NCBI GenBank assembly: GCA_951406725.2
Contig: OX597836.1
Span: 17,174,001-17,238,000, forward strand
DNA length: 64,000 nt
Direction of reading: 5' to 3'
Origin: Octopus vulgaris
Lineage: Eukaryota
Of this stretch, positions 14,450-26,645 are shown in pieces. The notes under the pieces were generated by a model. The model had not been told where the DNA came from. It did not search any database and saw nothing but the letters and a program-made list of their open reading frames with translations. The translations under genes and the position numbers were made by a program. How positions within the stretch are numbered: the stretch's first letter is position 1; every line of letters starts with the position of its first letter.

Positions 14450-15010
14450 GATGTGAAGGGTGCCTCTCTGGGTCGAGCCGCTGCTTCTCCGCATTGAGAG
14501 GTCACATGTTCGGTATTTACGGACGGGATTAGACTGTCGCAGGAAAGAACCACAAGATGGATTCTTGAAGCCGAGTCGACTGGCGGGAAACTCAGGAACG
14601 GACCATGAACGAGGTGGTTCAGTTGATCATTAAAGGCGGCGAGCTGGCAGAAACGTTAGCACGCCGGGCGAAATGCTTTGCGGTATTTCGTCTGCCGTTA
14701 CGTTCTGAGTTCAAATTCCGCCGAGGTCGACTTTGCCTTTCATCCTTTCGGGGTCGATGAATTAAAGTACCAGTTACGCACTGGGGTCGATGTAATCGAC
14801 TTAATACCTATGTCTGTCCTTGTTTGTCCCCTCTATGTTTAGCCCCTTGTGGGTAATAAAGAAATGAGTTCAGTTGGTCATGCTTGGGAATCCAACCGAA
14901 AAGAGCAATGACGATTGCTTTTGACAGGGTCCAATGGAGGGGCCATGAAGGCTCTATCCTCACGGTCCTCCCCCCCAGGAATAGCTGATGGCGAAAATGG
15001 ATGGGTGGAT
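14450..15010 (+). mobile_element. RTE (Expander/Rex3-like) LINE 3' fragment, interrupted by SINE B
   Basis: VEPLLLRIERS...QERTTRWILEAESTG; ends in a (GATG)-like tail ATGGATGGGTGGAT. Confidence 0.65.
14631..14867 (+). mobile_element. SINE family B, full length, with 14-bp TSD
   Basis: AAGGCGGCGAGCTGGCAGAA...GAGTTCAAATTCC...AAAGAAAT; TSD GTTCAGTTG(A/G)TCAT at 14617-14630 and 14868-14881. Confidence 0.9.
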
Positions 15011-15429
15011 ATATGTGTGTGTGTGCGCGTGTACGTGTGTGTATGCGTGTGTGTGTGCGCGCAGGTGCGTGTGTGCGTATGTGCGTATGTGTATGTGTGT
15101 ATGTGTGTGCGGGTTCGTGCCTGCATGCCTGTGAGTGTATGTGTGGGTGCGCAAGCGCGCGTGCTTATGTGTGTATGTGTGTGATTTTGCGTATGTGTCT
15201 TCCTGTCTCTCCCTCTTGTTTCTTTCTCTCTACCTCTCGCTCTCTTTCTCTTTCTTTCTCCTCTCTCGCTCCCTTTCTCTCTTCCTCTCACTATTTTCTC
15301 TCTCTCTTTCGCTCCCCTTCTCTCCCTCTCTCTCTCTTCCTGTCTCTCTCTCCCTCTTTCTCTCTACCTCTCGCTCTCTTTCTTTCTCCTTTTCCTCTCT
15401 CGCTCCCTTTCTCTCTTCCTCTCACTATG

Positions 15430-15757
15430 TGATTGAGGTGGTTGGATATTATCCATAGTCTCAGATGGTCATGGTTGGAAATCCTGCCCAGAAAGTGTAA
15501 TGACACTGGCTTGTGTTAGGACCCTGTGGACGAGGTGCCCGAGGACCCTACCTCCATGACTGGCAGGAGACCAAGGAGTAAACCAAGAACAAAGTGGCTG
15601 GACAATATTCACTGTCTAAGTAGGTCACATTTGAGGAATCCAGCCAGAAAGTCTAACAATGGTTGTTTCTGAGAGAACCCTATGGGGAAGGTAACAGGGC
15701 TCTACACCCACAACCCTCCCAGGAACAGGGGATGAAGACGATGGATGAATGGATGGA
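15430..15757 (+). mobile_element. RTE (Expander-like) 3' ends, two tandem fragments
   Basis: TGRRPRSKPRTKWLDNIH; GATGGATGAATGGATGG tail. Confidence 0.65.
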
Positions 15758-16290
15758 AACCATAGAACAAATACCGTAAAATCACCCATAAATTATTTTT
15801 CTTCTCGACTTTCAATCTGAAAATGTTTTAATTCCATTTCCAATATTTACCGTTTTATATTTTTCAGTTTTTCTTTTTCTTTTGACAAAACTGTGAGAGA
15901 ATTTAATCTGTTTTGTGTCATGGGCGACGATAAATATATCTTCACGAGCTCTACTTACCTAAAAATTTCTTTTCCTCTTGTCAACAGTTTTACAGATGAA
16001 CAATTCACAGATTTGGCCTGACAAGCTCTCACTTAAAATTCATGATGAATGTAGCAGTTTCTAAACGCAAATCCTTAATTTGTGTTCAATATAAGCCGTA
16101 GAAATTCTCAAACAATTTTCAAAATAAATTTTCTAAAACAATACAAGCATTTTGTATTAACGCCTATGTTGAGTTGATCTTAATAGCTTTTCCAGGTTAA
16201 ATGTTATTGCCTCAGCTTGGTTCCAATACTCAACAACAACAATCTCATTTACGCAATTCCCTCCCCCATATGTTATCACATCTGATAATT

Positions 16291-17102
16291 GGATCTTTTC
16301 GGTTTGAACGGCAGTTTTTTCTAGCGGTGTCATATGAAATTGTCACCCATAATTATGACCCTAGTATCGATCTATTGCATTTCAATCTGTTTTAGGGTTA
16401 GTTAGGGTTAGGGTTAGGGTTAGGGGTGGGGGAAGGGTATCTTTTTTTCTTCACAAATGTAAATAAACCCAATCTGTTTCTTAAACGAGGGGCATATTCA
16501 TACAGCACAGAATGTTTTTTACCTCAATAGACGTCAATGATTGGTTGAAATTGCAGAAATTAAAGATAAAAACAACAAATATCTTATAAACTATAGAATT
16601 TTCTCAATAAAGCCAAGAGAAAAAAGATGTTTTATAAACACATTCTACCAGTATACGAAGTTAAAAATTTTTTTAGTTACCAAGAAATTATGTTAAAAAC
16701 TGCCGTTCAAACCGAAAAGATCCCATTTATGCCGTGTAGAAAGGAGTAATTATAACCCTAGTATCGATCTATTGCATTTCAATCTGTTTTAGGGTTAGGG
16801 TTAGGGGAAGGGTATCTTTTTTTCTTCACAAATGTAAATAAATCCAATCTGTTTCTTAAACGAGGGACATATTCATACAGCACAGAATGTTTTTTTTTTA
16901 CCTCAATGGACGTCAGTGATTGGTTGAAATTGCAGAAATTGAAGAAAAAAAAACAACAAATATCTTATAAACTATAGAATTTTCTCAATAAAGCTAAGAG
17001 AAAAAGATGTTTTATAAACACATTCTACCAGTATACGAAGTTTAAAATTTTTTAGTTACCTAGAAATTATGTTAAAAACTGCCGTTCAAACCGAAAAGAT
17101 CC
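16291..17102. mobile_element. Non-autonomous TIR DNA transposon (Merlin-like: GG..CC ends, 8-bp TSD), internally duplicated, containing TTAGGG repeats
   Basis: TIR GGATCTTTTCGGTTTGAACGGCAGTTTTT / AAAAACTGCCGTTCAAACCGAAAAGATCC; TSD TGATAATT at 16283-16290 and 17103-17110; extra right TIR ending at 16723. Confidence 0.85.
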
Positions 17103-17241
17103 TGATAATTTCAGCAGACCAGTTAAGCGATTACGCTTCTTAAAAATTATAAAATAAACCTGAGTGTTACTCCTCGTATGGGTTATCACTTAACAGGTGC
17201 TTTCATGCGACTCTTGAGTCACTCGGTTGCTTCTGTTAAAC

Positions 17242-17666
17242 ATCGGTTTCAAATTTTGGCACAAGGCCAGCAATTTAGTGGCGAGGAAGTAAGCCGATTA
17301 CATCGACCCCAGTGCTCGACTGGTACTTATTTTATCGACTCCGGAAGGATGAAAGGCAAAGTTGATCTCGGAGGAATTTGAACTCGGAATGTAAAGTTGA
17401 ACGAAATGCTACTAAATGCGTGCTAACGATTCTTATTTCTTTATTGCCCACAAGGGGCTAAAGATAGGGGGGGAAAACAAGGACAGAAAAAGGGATTAAG
17501 TCGATTACATCGACCCCAGTGCGTAACTGGTACTTATTTAATCGACCCCGAAAGGATGAAAGGCAAAGTCAACCTCGGCGGAATTTGAACTCAGAACGTA
17601 ACGGTAGACGAAATACCGCTAAGCATTTCGCCTGGCGTGCTATCGATTCTGCCAGCTCGCCACCTT
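17242..17666 (-). mobile_element. SINE B (17434-17666) adjacent to or nested in SINE B' (17242-17433)
   Basis: Reverse-complement matches to the B body and to both tail types. Confidence 0.85.
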
Positions 17667-17718
17667 CTTTCTTTATTTATATATATTAATGATATTTCTC
17701 ACCCATATATACATATAC

Positions 17719-18024
17719 GGAGGCGCAATGGCCAAGTGGTTTGGGCAGCGGACTCGCGGTCGTAGGATCGCGGTTTCGATTTCCAGACCGGGCGTTGTGT
17801 GTGTTTATTGAGCGAAAACACCTAAAAGCTCCACGAGGCTCCGGCAGGGGGTGGTGATCCCTGCTGTACTCTTTCACCACAACTTTCTCCCACTCTTTCT
17901 TCTGTTGGCCTGCTCGCTTAGCCAGCGGGGTGGCGTCATTTGAAGGTTAAAACAATGCGAATGCATTGTGACCAGCGATGTGTAACTACATCTGATGGAC
18001 TGGTCGGTCACATGATCACGTGAT
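17719..18024 (+). mobile_element. SINE family C, tail type 1
   Basis: GGAGGCGCAATGGCCAAGTGG (A box), GTTTCGATTTCC (B box); near-identical copies at 22631, 27557 and 45381. Confidence 0.9.
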
Positions 18025-18361
18025 ATACATATACATACATTTATACATATATTCAAAATCCAAATAAGTTATTATCTTTTAAAAAACTAATTATAAAATG
18101 GTCAGCGAACCTAACCAAAACAGGCGAAATATATTAAAAGTCAGGCTTCAATATGCACCTGACTGCTAGAAAGTTTACGTAAAAGTACAGCTAATGATCT
18201 TTAAGTGCCATTGGCACGGAAAGTGAAAGGCTGTTTTTTTTTTAGTATATTTGCTACATTTTTCGTGCGTGTTTACATATAGTGAGAGATGCGTGGCTTT
18301 GGAGAGCTTTAACTCTTCTTTCTAGCAAGCATGTGCATAGTGTACCCTGAGTTTTAATAAT

Positions 18362-18441
18362 GCATACACACATACATACATACTTACATACATACATACA
18401 CACATACATACACACATACATACATACATACATACATACAT

Positions 18442-18474
<33 letters not shown>

Positions 18475-18648
18475 TACATACATACATACACACATACATA
18501 CATACACACACATACATACATACATACATACATACATACACACATACATACATACATACATACATACATACATACATACATACATACATACATACATACA
18601 TACATACATACATACATACATACATACATACATACATACATACATACA

Positions 18649-18680
<32 letters not shown>
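18362..18680. repeat. (CATA)n microsatellite
   Basis: Direct read. Confidence 0.95.
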
Positions 18681-18681
<1 letters not shown>

Positions 18682-18820
18682 GTACCACCACAACCACTAC
18701 TTGTAACTCTACGATTATCGCCATCACCGCAAACAATATCTCCCTCACAGTCAACATAAACACATGGACTAGCTAGAGTTGTCATAGCAACAGAGTCGTC
18801 ATCATCATCGTCATGACCTG

Positions 18821-18856
<36 letters not shown>

Positions 18857-19286
18857 ACTGATCTGCCGCCTGCTGCAACGAATGTCATGTAAGTTTTATC
18901 ATATGCTTGCTAATGTTGTTGTTCTCGATGTTGTGCAGCTCTGCTTGAGTAGATCTAGGACCGAAGACCTTCCGCATATGACCATCCTGTTAGACAGTGC
19001 TAGAGATTATACAGTTCAACAATGAGTGCGTGTGTATGTATGTGTGTGTGTGTGTGTGTGCGTGTGCGCGCGAGTGTGTGTGTGTGTGTATGTGTGTGTG
19101 TATGTGTGTGTGACTTAAGATTAGGCTGTTATTTCTAGCAGATAACATGACCGGGTAGTGACACTCGCGTTCTCTCACGCTGTATTCAGCTGCTCTTCTC
19201 GTTATAGTAGTAGCATCAGTTTACACTTAGCTTCGTTGGGGGTGGACTTTCGAGCAAAGGTGTTCCGGCCTTGACCCTCCCATCTT

Positions 19287-19334
<48 letters not shown>

Positions 19335-19349
19335 TATACATGTGTCGTA

Positions 19350-19404
<55 letters not shown>

Positions 19405-19418
<14 letters not shown>

Positions 19419-19622
19419 TTGTGTGTCTGTGTGTTTGTCCCCCTAGCGTTGCTTGACAACCGTTGCTGGTGTCCCCGTCACTTAGCGGTTCGGCAAAAGA
19501 GACTGATAGAATAAGTACTGGGCTCACAAAGAATAAGTCCCGGGGTCGATTTGCTCGACTAAAGGCGGTGCTCCAGCATGGCCGCAGTCAAATGACTGAA
19601 ACAAGTAAAAGAGTAAAAGAGA
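19405..19622 (+). mobile_element. SINE A 3' half
   Basis: GCTTGACAACCG...GGCCGCAGTCAAATGACTGAAACAAGTAAAAGAG. Confidence 0.85.
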
Positions 19623-19714
19623 GAGTATGTGTGTCTGTGCGTGCATAATATTATACATTCACACATACACACACAAACATGCATATATTCATACATATAC
19701 ATACACACATATCT

Positions 19715-19745
<31 letters not shown>

Positions 19746-20057
19746 CACATGCACATACGTATATAAGATGACTACAAATTTAGAGAAATTTGGTTGCCAT
19801 GTCTAGCAGTTTCAGCAACCACGTGTTGGTCATCTAGTTGGTTTGTTGTTGCTGTTGTTGTAATAATCGTTGTTGCTGTTGTGATAATTGTTGTGTTGTT
19901 CCCGTTGTCACTATATCGTAGTCGAAACTGTGAATCTGTGGCGTTCATGCCTTTCTCTAATTACTTTGTTTTTGAGAACAAAGCAGAAATCACACACACA
20001 CAACCCTCACATCTCCATGCATACAAAGAAAATAGCTCTAATCGAAACAAGAACCAC

Positions 20058-20100
<43 letters not shown>

Positions 20101-20111
20101 CACACACGCAC

Positions 20112-20471
20112 ACACGGGCTTCTTTTAGTTTCCGTCTTGGAGAATCGACCCCACAACTCATTTAATTTTTTTTAAAGCCTGGTACTTATTCTATTGGTCT
20201 CTTTTGCCGAACTTCTAAGTTACGGGGACGTAAACACACTAACACTGGTTGTCAAGCGGCGGTGGGGTACAAGCATGCGTCGCGCGCACGAACACACACA
20301 CATACACACACACACACACACACACTCACACACGCGCGGGCTTCGAAATCCACAAGGCTTTAGTCAGCCCGAGGCTATAGAAGAAGAAACATGCGCATGG
20401 TGCCACGCAGTGGGATTGAACCCGGTACCATGTGGTTGGTAAGCAAACTTCTTACCACAGCCACGCCTGCG

Positions 20472-20472
<1 letters not shown>
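20112..20472 (-). mobile_element. Degenerate, rearranged SINE A
   Basis: Reverse-complement head at 20350-20472 and body at 20175-20270. Confidence 0.7.
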
Positions 20473-20519
<47 letters not shown>

Positions 20520-20576
20520 TAGTGTACACATTTCATATATTAAGAAAAAGGAGGCAATCAAGATTTTTATAAAACT

Positions 20577-21118
20577 GTGGCTGTGTGGTAAGTAGATTGC
20601 TTACCAACCATATGGTTCCGGGTTTAGTCCCACTGCGTGGCACCTTAAGCAAGTGAATTCTACTATAGCCTCGGGCCGACCAAAACCATGTGAGTGGATA
20701 TGGTAGACGGAAACTGAAAGAAGCCCGTCGTGTATATGTATATATATATATGAATAAATGAAAGAATGGAGTTGAACGACGATTTAACAAAATCTGTTTT
20801 TCTGACGTGAATTTGCTACCCAGATATCGGTTAACCGAATTATCCATACTAAGATAATTCATTCAACTACTTAAATATATATATATATATATGTATATGT
20901 GTGTATATGTTTGTGTGTCTGTGTTTGTCCCCCCAACATCACTTGACAACCGATGCTGGTGTGTTCACGTCCCCGTAAATTAGCGGTCGGCAAAAGAGAC
21001 CGATAGAAAAAAGTACTAGGCTTACAAAGAATAAGTCCTGCGGTCGATTTGCTCGACGAAAGGCGGTGCTCCAGCATGGCCGCAGTCAAATGACTGAAAC
21101 AAGTAAAAGAGTAAAGAG
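20577..21118 (+). mobile_element. SINE A with an insertion in its internal (TA)n
   Basis: Head 20577-20735, tail 20900-21118, unrelated ~125 bp between. Confidence 0.8.
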
Positions 21119-21241
21119 CTCTTTCGTTCCTGTTCGAGATTCATAACGAATCATTCATGATGAATCCTTAAAAAAGACGAAAGCATTGTTTCATCTTGAA
21201 TACCCCCTTTTAATCTGTGTATATGTGTGTGTGTATGTTGC

Positions 21242-21383
21242 TGACGTCATAAGAATTTGAAAGTTTTGTGACGTCAACAATATAGGCTTCTCCATTTTTC
21301 CAGAGCGTTAAGTATATATGTGTACGTGTGTGCGTGTATATATTGTTGACGTCATAAAAGTTTAGAAAATCCCTATGACGTCA
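21242..21383. promoter_or_regulatory. Cluster of four perfect CRE palindromes (TGACGTCA) in an imperfect inverted repeat
   Basis: TGACGTCA at 21242, 21269, 21347 and 21376; function not shown. Confidence 0.35.
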
Positions 21384-21750
21384 ACAACACACAATTCTCG
21401 CTGGTCAGAATAAAGTTTCTCTGTAATGGATGGAGAAAATCGAAGGTTTGCTTTGGCCAGTGGCTGAATGTCTATCATACCCACAGACGATCGGGGGTTC
21501 GAGTTCCACAGCTCCCCCCCCCCCTTTGACCCTTTCTATCCAAAGGGCTTTTTAACCCAATATTTTCACGCTCTTCTTAACTGCTTTGATGTTCACGATT
21601 CCTGAAAAGTATACACACACACACACACACACACACACGCATACACACACAGACACAGACAGACAGACAGACACAGACATACAGACACAGACAGACAGAC
21701 AGACACACACACACACACAAAGCGAAAACTGGAATCGCACTCGGTGTGTC

Positions 21751-21838
<88 letters not shown>

Positions 21839-21978
21839 TTTTACTTGGTTCAGTAGACTGCGGCCATGCTGGGGCACTGCCTTGAGGAATTTTCTAGGTT
21901 ATGGGGACGTAAACATACTCACACCGGTTGTCAAACGGCGGTGAGGGTCCAACACAAACACACACGCGCTCAGAGGCA

Positions 21979-22057
<79 letters not shown>

Positions 22058-22204
22058 TCGTGCTTGGGAGTTGACGGGGGATGAGGAAGTGCAAGTCACT
22101 CTTCGCGTCATTGACGTCCGATCTCTGATTCTTGACGTCTGTTATTTCCCCATCAGGTCTGTTCCCTTAGTGATGACATTCCGCTACTTGGACGGTCCTT
22201 GGCG

Positions 22205-22250
<46 letters not shown>

Positions 22251-22630
22251 ATCAATGGAGCAGTGGAGGAGAGGGACCTTCAGCTAGGCCTCGGAAACAG
22301 AATTCGGGTCTACGCTTGGTCTTGCGCCGGAGTCAGGGAGGAATTGAGGGGGGAGGGCACGTTTGAGGCATACGTATGATGTGTCGATTCACATCATACC
22401 TATATATATAAATACACACACACACACACACACATACACACATACACGCACGCACGACCCCCCCCCACACACGAACGACAGGCTTCTTTTAGTTTCCGTC
22501 GAGCATATCACAAGTCTTTGGTCGGCCCGAGTGAATGGAAAATTTAATCTATAATCGTTAGTCAGACAAAGCATTATGGGATTTATACCTACCTACCTAC
22601 CTACATACATACATACATACATATATGTAT

Positions 22631-22941
22631 GTGGAGGCGCAATGACCTACTGGTTAAGGCAGCGGACTCGCGACCGTAGGATCGCGGTTTCGATTCCCAG
22701 ACCGGGCGTTGTGAGTGTTTATTGAGCGAAAACACCCAAAGCTCCACGAGGCTCCGACAGGGGGTTGGGTGGCAAAACCCTGCTGTACTCTTTCGCCACA
22801 ACTTTCTCTCACTTTTTCTTCTGTTGGCCTGCTCGCTTAGCCAGCGGAGTGGCGTCATTTGAAGGTTAGAACAATGCGAAGCGCATTGTGACCAGCGATG
22901 TGTAGCAACATCTGATAGCCTGGTCGGTCACGGTGATCACT

Positions 22942-22946
<5 letters not shown>
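22631..22946 (+). mobile_element. SINE C, tail type 1
   Basis: Matches the 17719 copy. Confidence 0.9.
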
Positions 22947-22978
<32 letters not shown>

Positions 22979-22990
22979 AAGTTTATCTAT

Positions 22991-23031
<41 letters not shown>

Positions 23032-23414
23032 TAGATATATATAGATATATATGTATATACATATATATATCTATATATATATATATATACATGCGTGTGT
23101 GTTCTTTCTTTCATTCCTTCGTTTCGTCCTTCATTCCTTCCTTCATTCCTTCTTTCTTGCCTTCCTTCATTCCGTTCTAACCTGACCTACATCTGTTGCA
23201 CTTTTTACTCATCCACAGAACTTTAATCCAGATTACACCACTTAACTCTCTTATTCTTTATCTAACATCCACTTCAAACAAACATTAGACACGCAGATAC
23301 ACACTTACGTACGCGCGCACACACTCACACATGCACACACACACACATGCATATACGCACATACACACACACACGCACCAACGCCCACCCTTGCATATAT
23401 TTAAGCTGATATCA

Positions 23415-23746
23415 CAAGATCGGGTGCGGAGGGAGGTGTTTGCTAATAGTTGTCAGTTGAGGGTTTGAATGTTGTATCCTGAGTAAGACCTGTGGAACCT
23501 CAAGCATAACAGGATTGTGCAGAAGAAATGCTTTCAAGACTACGTAGGGGCGTCTGAGGAAGCATCTAGTAGGGTCTGGTTGAAAAGAAGTGATCTATAG
23601 GGGTCAGAAGAATGGCATTTGGACAAAGGCCCAAGCTTAGTCAACCCAGATCGCGTCCCCGGTGTATGTTGTAAAAGACGAAACATCCACTGTGTTTAGA
23701 ATACTGCTGACACTGACGACGTGTCCAAATATTGCATCTGTAGGTG

Positions 23747-23748
<2 letters not shown>
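23415..23748 (+). mobile_element. Possible HERO/NeSL-like RLE retrotransposon 3' end
   Basis: ASEEASSRVWLKRSDL* followed by a UTR with GACGAAACATCC...CACTGACGACGTGTCC; resemblance to HERO ends is from recall only. Confidence 0.45.
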
Positions 23749-23778
<30 letters not shown>

Positions 23779-23820
23779 TGTATGTATGTATGTATGTATG
23801 TATGTATGTATGTATGTATG

Positions 23821-24060
23821 TAGATTGGCATATTTCGGTCATATCATGCGGAGAAAATCCCCGGAGAAGGACATCATGCTCGGAATGGTCAGTGGCAAGA
23901 GAGGAAGAGGCCGACCAAGAACCCGCTGGCTTGACACCATCAGGAGTGATACCGGAATGGACATGGCCAATCTGAGGGAAGCGGCCCAGGATAGAACTGA
24001 CTGGAAGGACACTGATCCAACGAGTGACCGAGAGTCGACTTCGACTGAGCGGATAGAGAT
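23821..24060 (+). mobile_element. RTE BovB-like LINE 3' end, within (TATG)n
   Basis: RLAYFGHIMRRKSPEKDIMLGMVSGKRGRGRPRTRWLD; tail GAGAGTCGACTTCGACTGAGCG resembles the BovB terminal hairpin. Confidence 0.85.
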
Positions 24061-24496
24061 GTATGTATGTATGTATGTATGTATGTATGTATGTATGTAT
24101 GTATGTATGTATGTATGTCTGTATGTATGTATGTATGTATGTATGGACATGTTATGAAAGACATTTTAAATTGTTAGAACAGTTCCACCAAAACAAACCT
24201 TGTAGTTCTTTTACTCCAAATACAGATGTCCTTGCGTCTGCAGGCATCACCTCAATTAAAACAATGATTTTGAAAAACCAAATGAGATGGTATGGCCATA
24301 CTGTTCGAATGACGGATAAAGGCACACCCAAACAGCTGTTTAATGGTGAGCTTGGAGAGGGGGAAACGCTATCGGTGTAAACCTAAAAAAAGGTTTAAGG
24401 ACGGCATAAGGACTACCATGAAGTCACTTGGAATGGATCCAAAGGACATAGAAACCCTTGTTTCGGATCGAGTTGGATGGCGAACAAAAGTGTGGA

Positions 24497-24925
24497 TACA
24501 TACATACATACATACATACATACATACATACATACATACATACATACATAAATAAATACATACATACATACATACATACATACATACATACATACATACA
24601 TACATACATACATACATACATACATCTCTATCCGCTCAGTCGAAGTCGACTCTCGGTCACTCGTTGGATCAGTGTCCTTCCAGTCAGTTCTATCCTGGGC
24701 CGCTTCCCTCAAATTGGCCATGTCCATTCCGGTATCACTCCTGATGGTGTCAAGCCAGCGGGTTCTTGGTCGGCCTCTTCCTCTCTTGCCACTGACCATT
24801 CCGAGCATGATGTCCTTCTCCGGGGATTTTCTCCGCATGATATGACCGAAATATGCCAATCTACATACATACATACATATACACCTACAGATGCAATATT
24901 TGGACACGTCGTCAGTGTCAGCAGT
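24497..24925 (-). repeat. Inverted copy of 23703-~24140 inserted into the RTE
   Basis: Near-exact reverse complement including the BovB-like piece, the microsatellite and ~45 bp of unrelated upstream flank. Confidence 0.9.
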
Positions 24926-25108
24926 GAAAGCATTTGAAGAGGCCAGGGTAATGCATGTAAGACTCAAAAGGGATCTAAGGAATAATATTACGATTGAGAA
25001 GGTGAATGACAATGACCCTTTTTGTATGCAATCTGTGACAGACCATGCCTTTCTTTTGCTGGGCTCAAATCTCATTTGCAAACCCATGGAAAACGAACTC
25101 CCACCAGA

Positions 25109-25505
25109 GACATTAGCACGCCGGGCGAAGTGTTTCGCGGTATTTCGCCCGTCGCTACGTTCTGAGTTCAAATTCCGCCGAGGTCGACTTTGCCTTTCAT
25201 CCTTTCGGGGTCGATAAATTAAGTACCAGTTACGCACTGGGGTCAATGTAATCGACTTAATCCGTTTGTCTGTCTTTGTTTGTCCCCTCTATGTTTAGCC
25301 CCTTGTGGGTAGTAAAGAAATAGGTATTTCGTCTACCGCTAGGTTCTGAGTTCAAATTCCGCCGAGGTCGACTTTACCTTTCATCCTTTCGGGGTCGATA
25401 AATTAAGTACCAGTTACGCACTGGGGTCAATGTAATCGACTTAATCCGTTTGTCTGTCTTTGTTTGTCCCCTCTGTGTTTAGCCCCTTGTGGGTAATAAA
25501 GAAAC
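25109..25505 (+). mobile_element. SINE B dimer (184-bp unit)
   Basis: Junction AAAGAAATAGGTATTTCG at ~25314-25331. Confidence 0.9.
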
Positions 25506-26111
25506 ATGTATGTCTGTGCACATCTTTCAGTGCAATGTATGCCAGAAGGTCTGCAAATCTAACGGAGGTCGTCTCAAAGGACATTTTACGATCCACAAAG
25601 ATCAGAACTTATCTTGCAGCTCTTGGTAGTTCAAATCGAATATGCAATCTATGGTCATGTGCTGAGTTGTATTTTTTCCCCTGTATATTTCCATCAAGTG
25701 TGTGATAATGGTTTTTCTATCTTTCTATAAGCATATTCTTGTAAGGATAGTTAGATATCTAAATTTTCACAAGTGAATAATTTATCAAATAATCGATTGA
25801 TATTTCTCTCTTTCCCTCACTCTTTCAGTTATATATATATATTTATATATATCACATACACGCGCACATATATACACATGTATGTACGTACGTACGTACG
25901 TACGTACGTGTAGAAGACGTACATAAACCTAGGTATTATTGAAATTCTGGTTCATCTAAGCGAGATATTAAATCACTGAAAGCGTGCATGATGACTCAAC
26001 AGGGGATTCGGTGCTATGAGTTTATGCCTCTGTGATTTAGACAAAACGCAGAAAGATGAAGTTCAAATATACAGAGTAAAGAATAATATTTAAATGCAGT
26101 AATCTGCATAC

Positions 26112-26645
<534 letters not shown>

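Larger units (their letters stand above)
13873..15428. repeat. Inverted duplication of a ~235-bp GA-rich segment (13873-14111 vs 15198-15428)
   Basis: Idiosyncratic variants (ATAGTGAGAGG, GAGCGAGAGGTAG, GAAACAAGAGGG) appear as reverse complement in the same order. Confidence 0.85.
24145..25680 (+). mobile_element. RTE LINE C-terminus with C2H2 zinc fingers, interrupted twice
   Basis: QMRWYGHTVRM..TPKQLFNGEL..KRFKD..GWRTKVW | AVKAFEEAR..C..CDRPCLSFAGLKSHLQTH | FQCNVCQKVCKSNGGRLKGHFTIH (25525-25596). Confidence 0.8.

Noticed and set aside
16392-16425. True telomere or chromosome-fusion site
   Set aside because: Only a few units, internal to a TIR element, with no head-to-head arrangement
17719-17790. 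tRNA gene calls for SINE heads (also 21450-21510, 58666-58735)
   Set aside because: A and B boxes are present, but there is no complete cloverleaf and most run into multi-copy SINE bodies
23675-23730. GAAAC...CTGACGA possible type-II hammerhead in the HERO-like UTR
   Set aside because: Stem I hairpin and stem II pairing cannot be drawn
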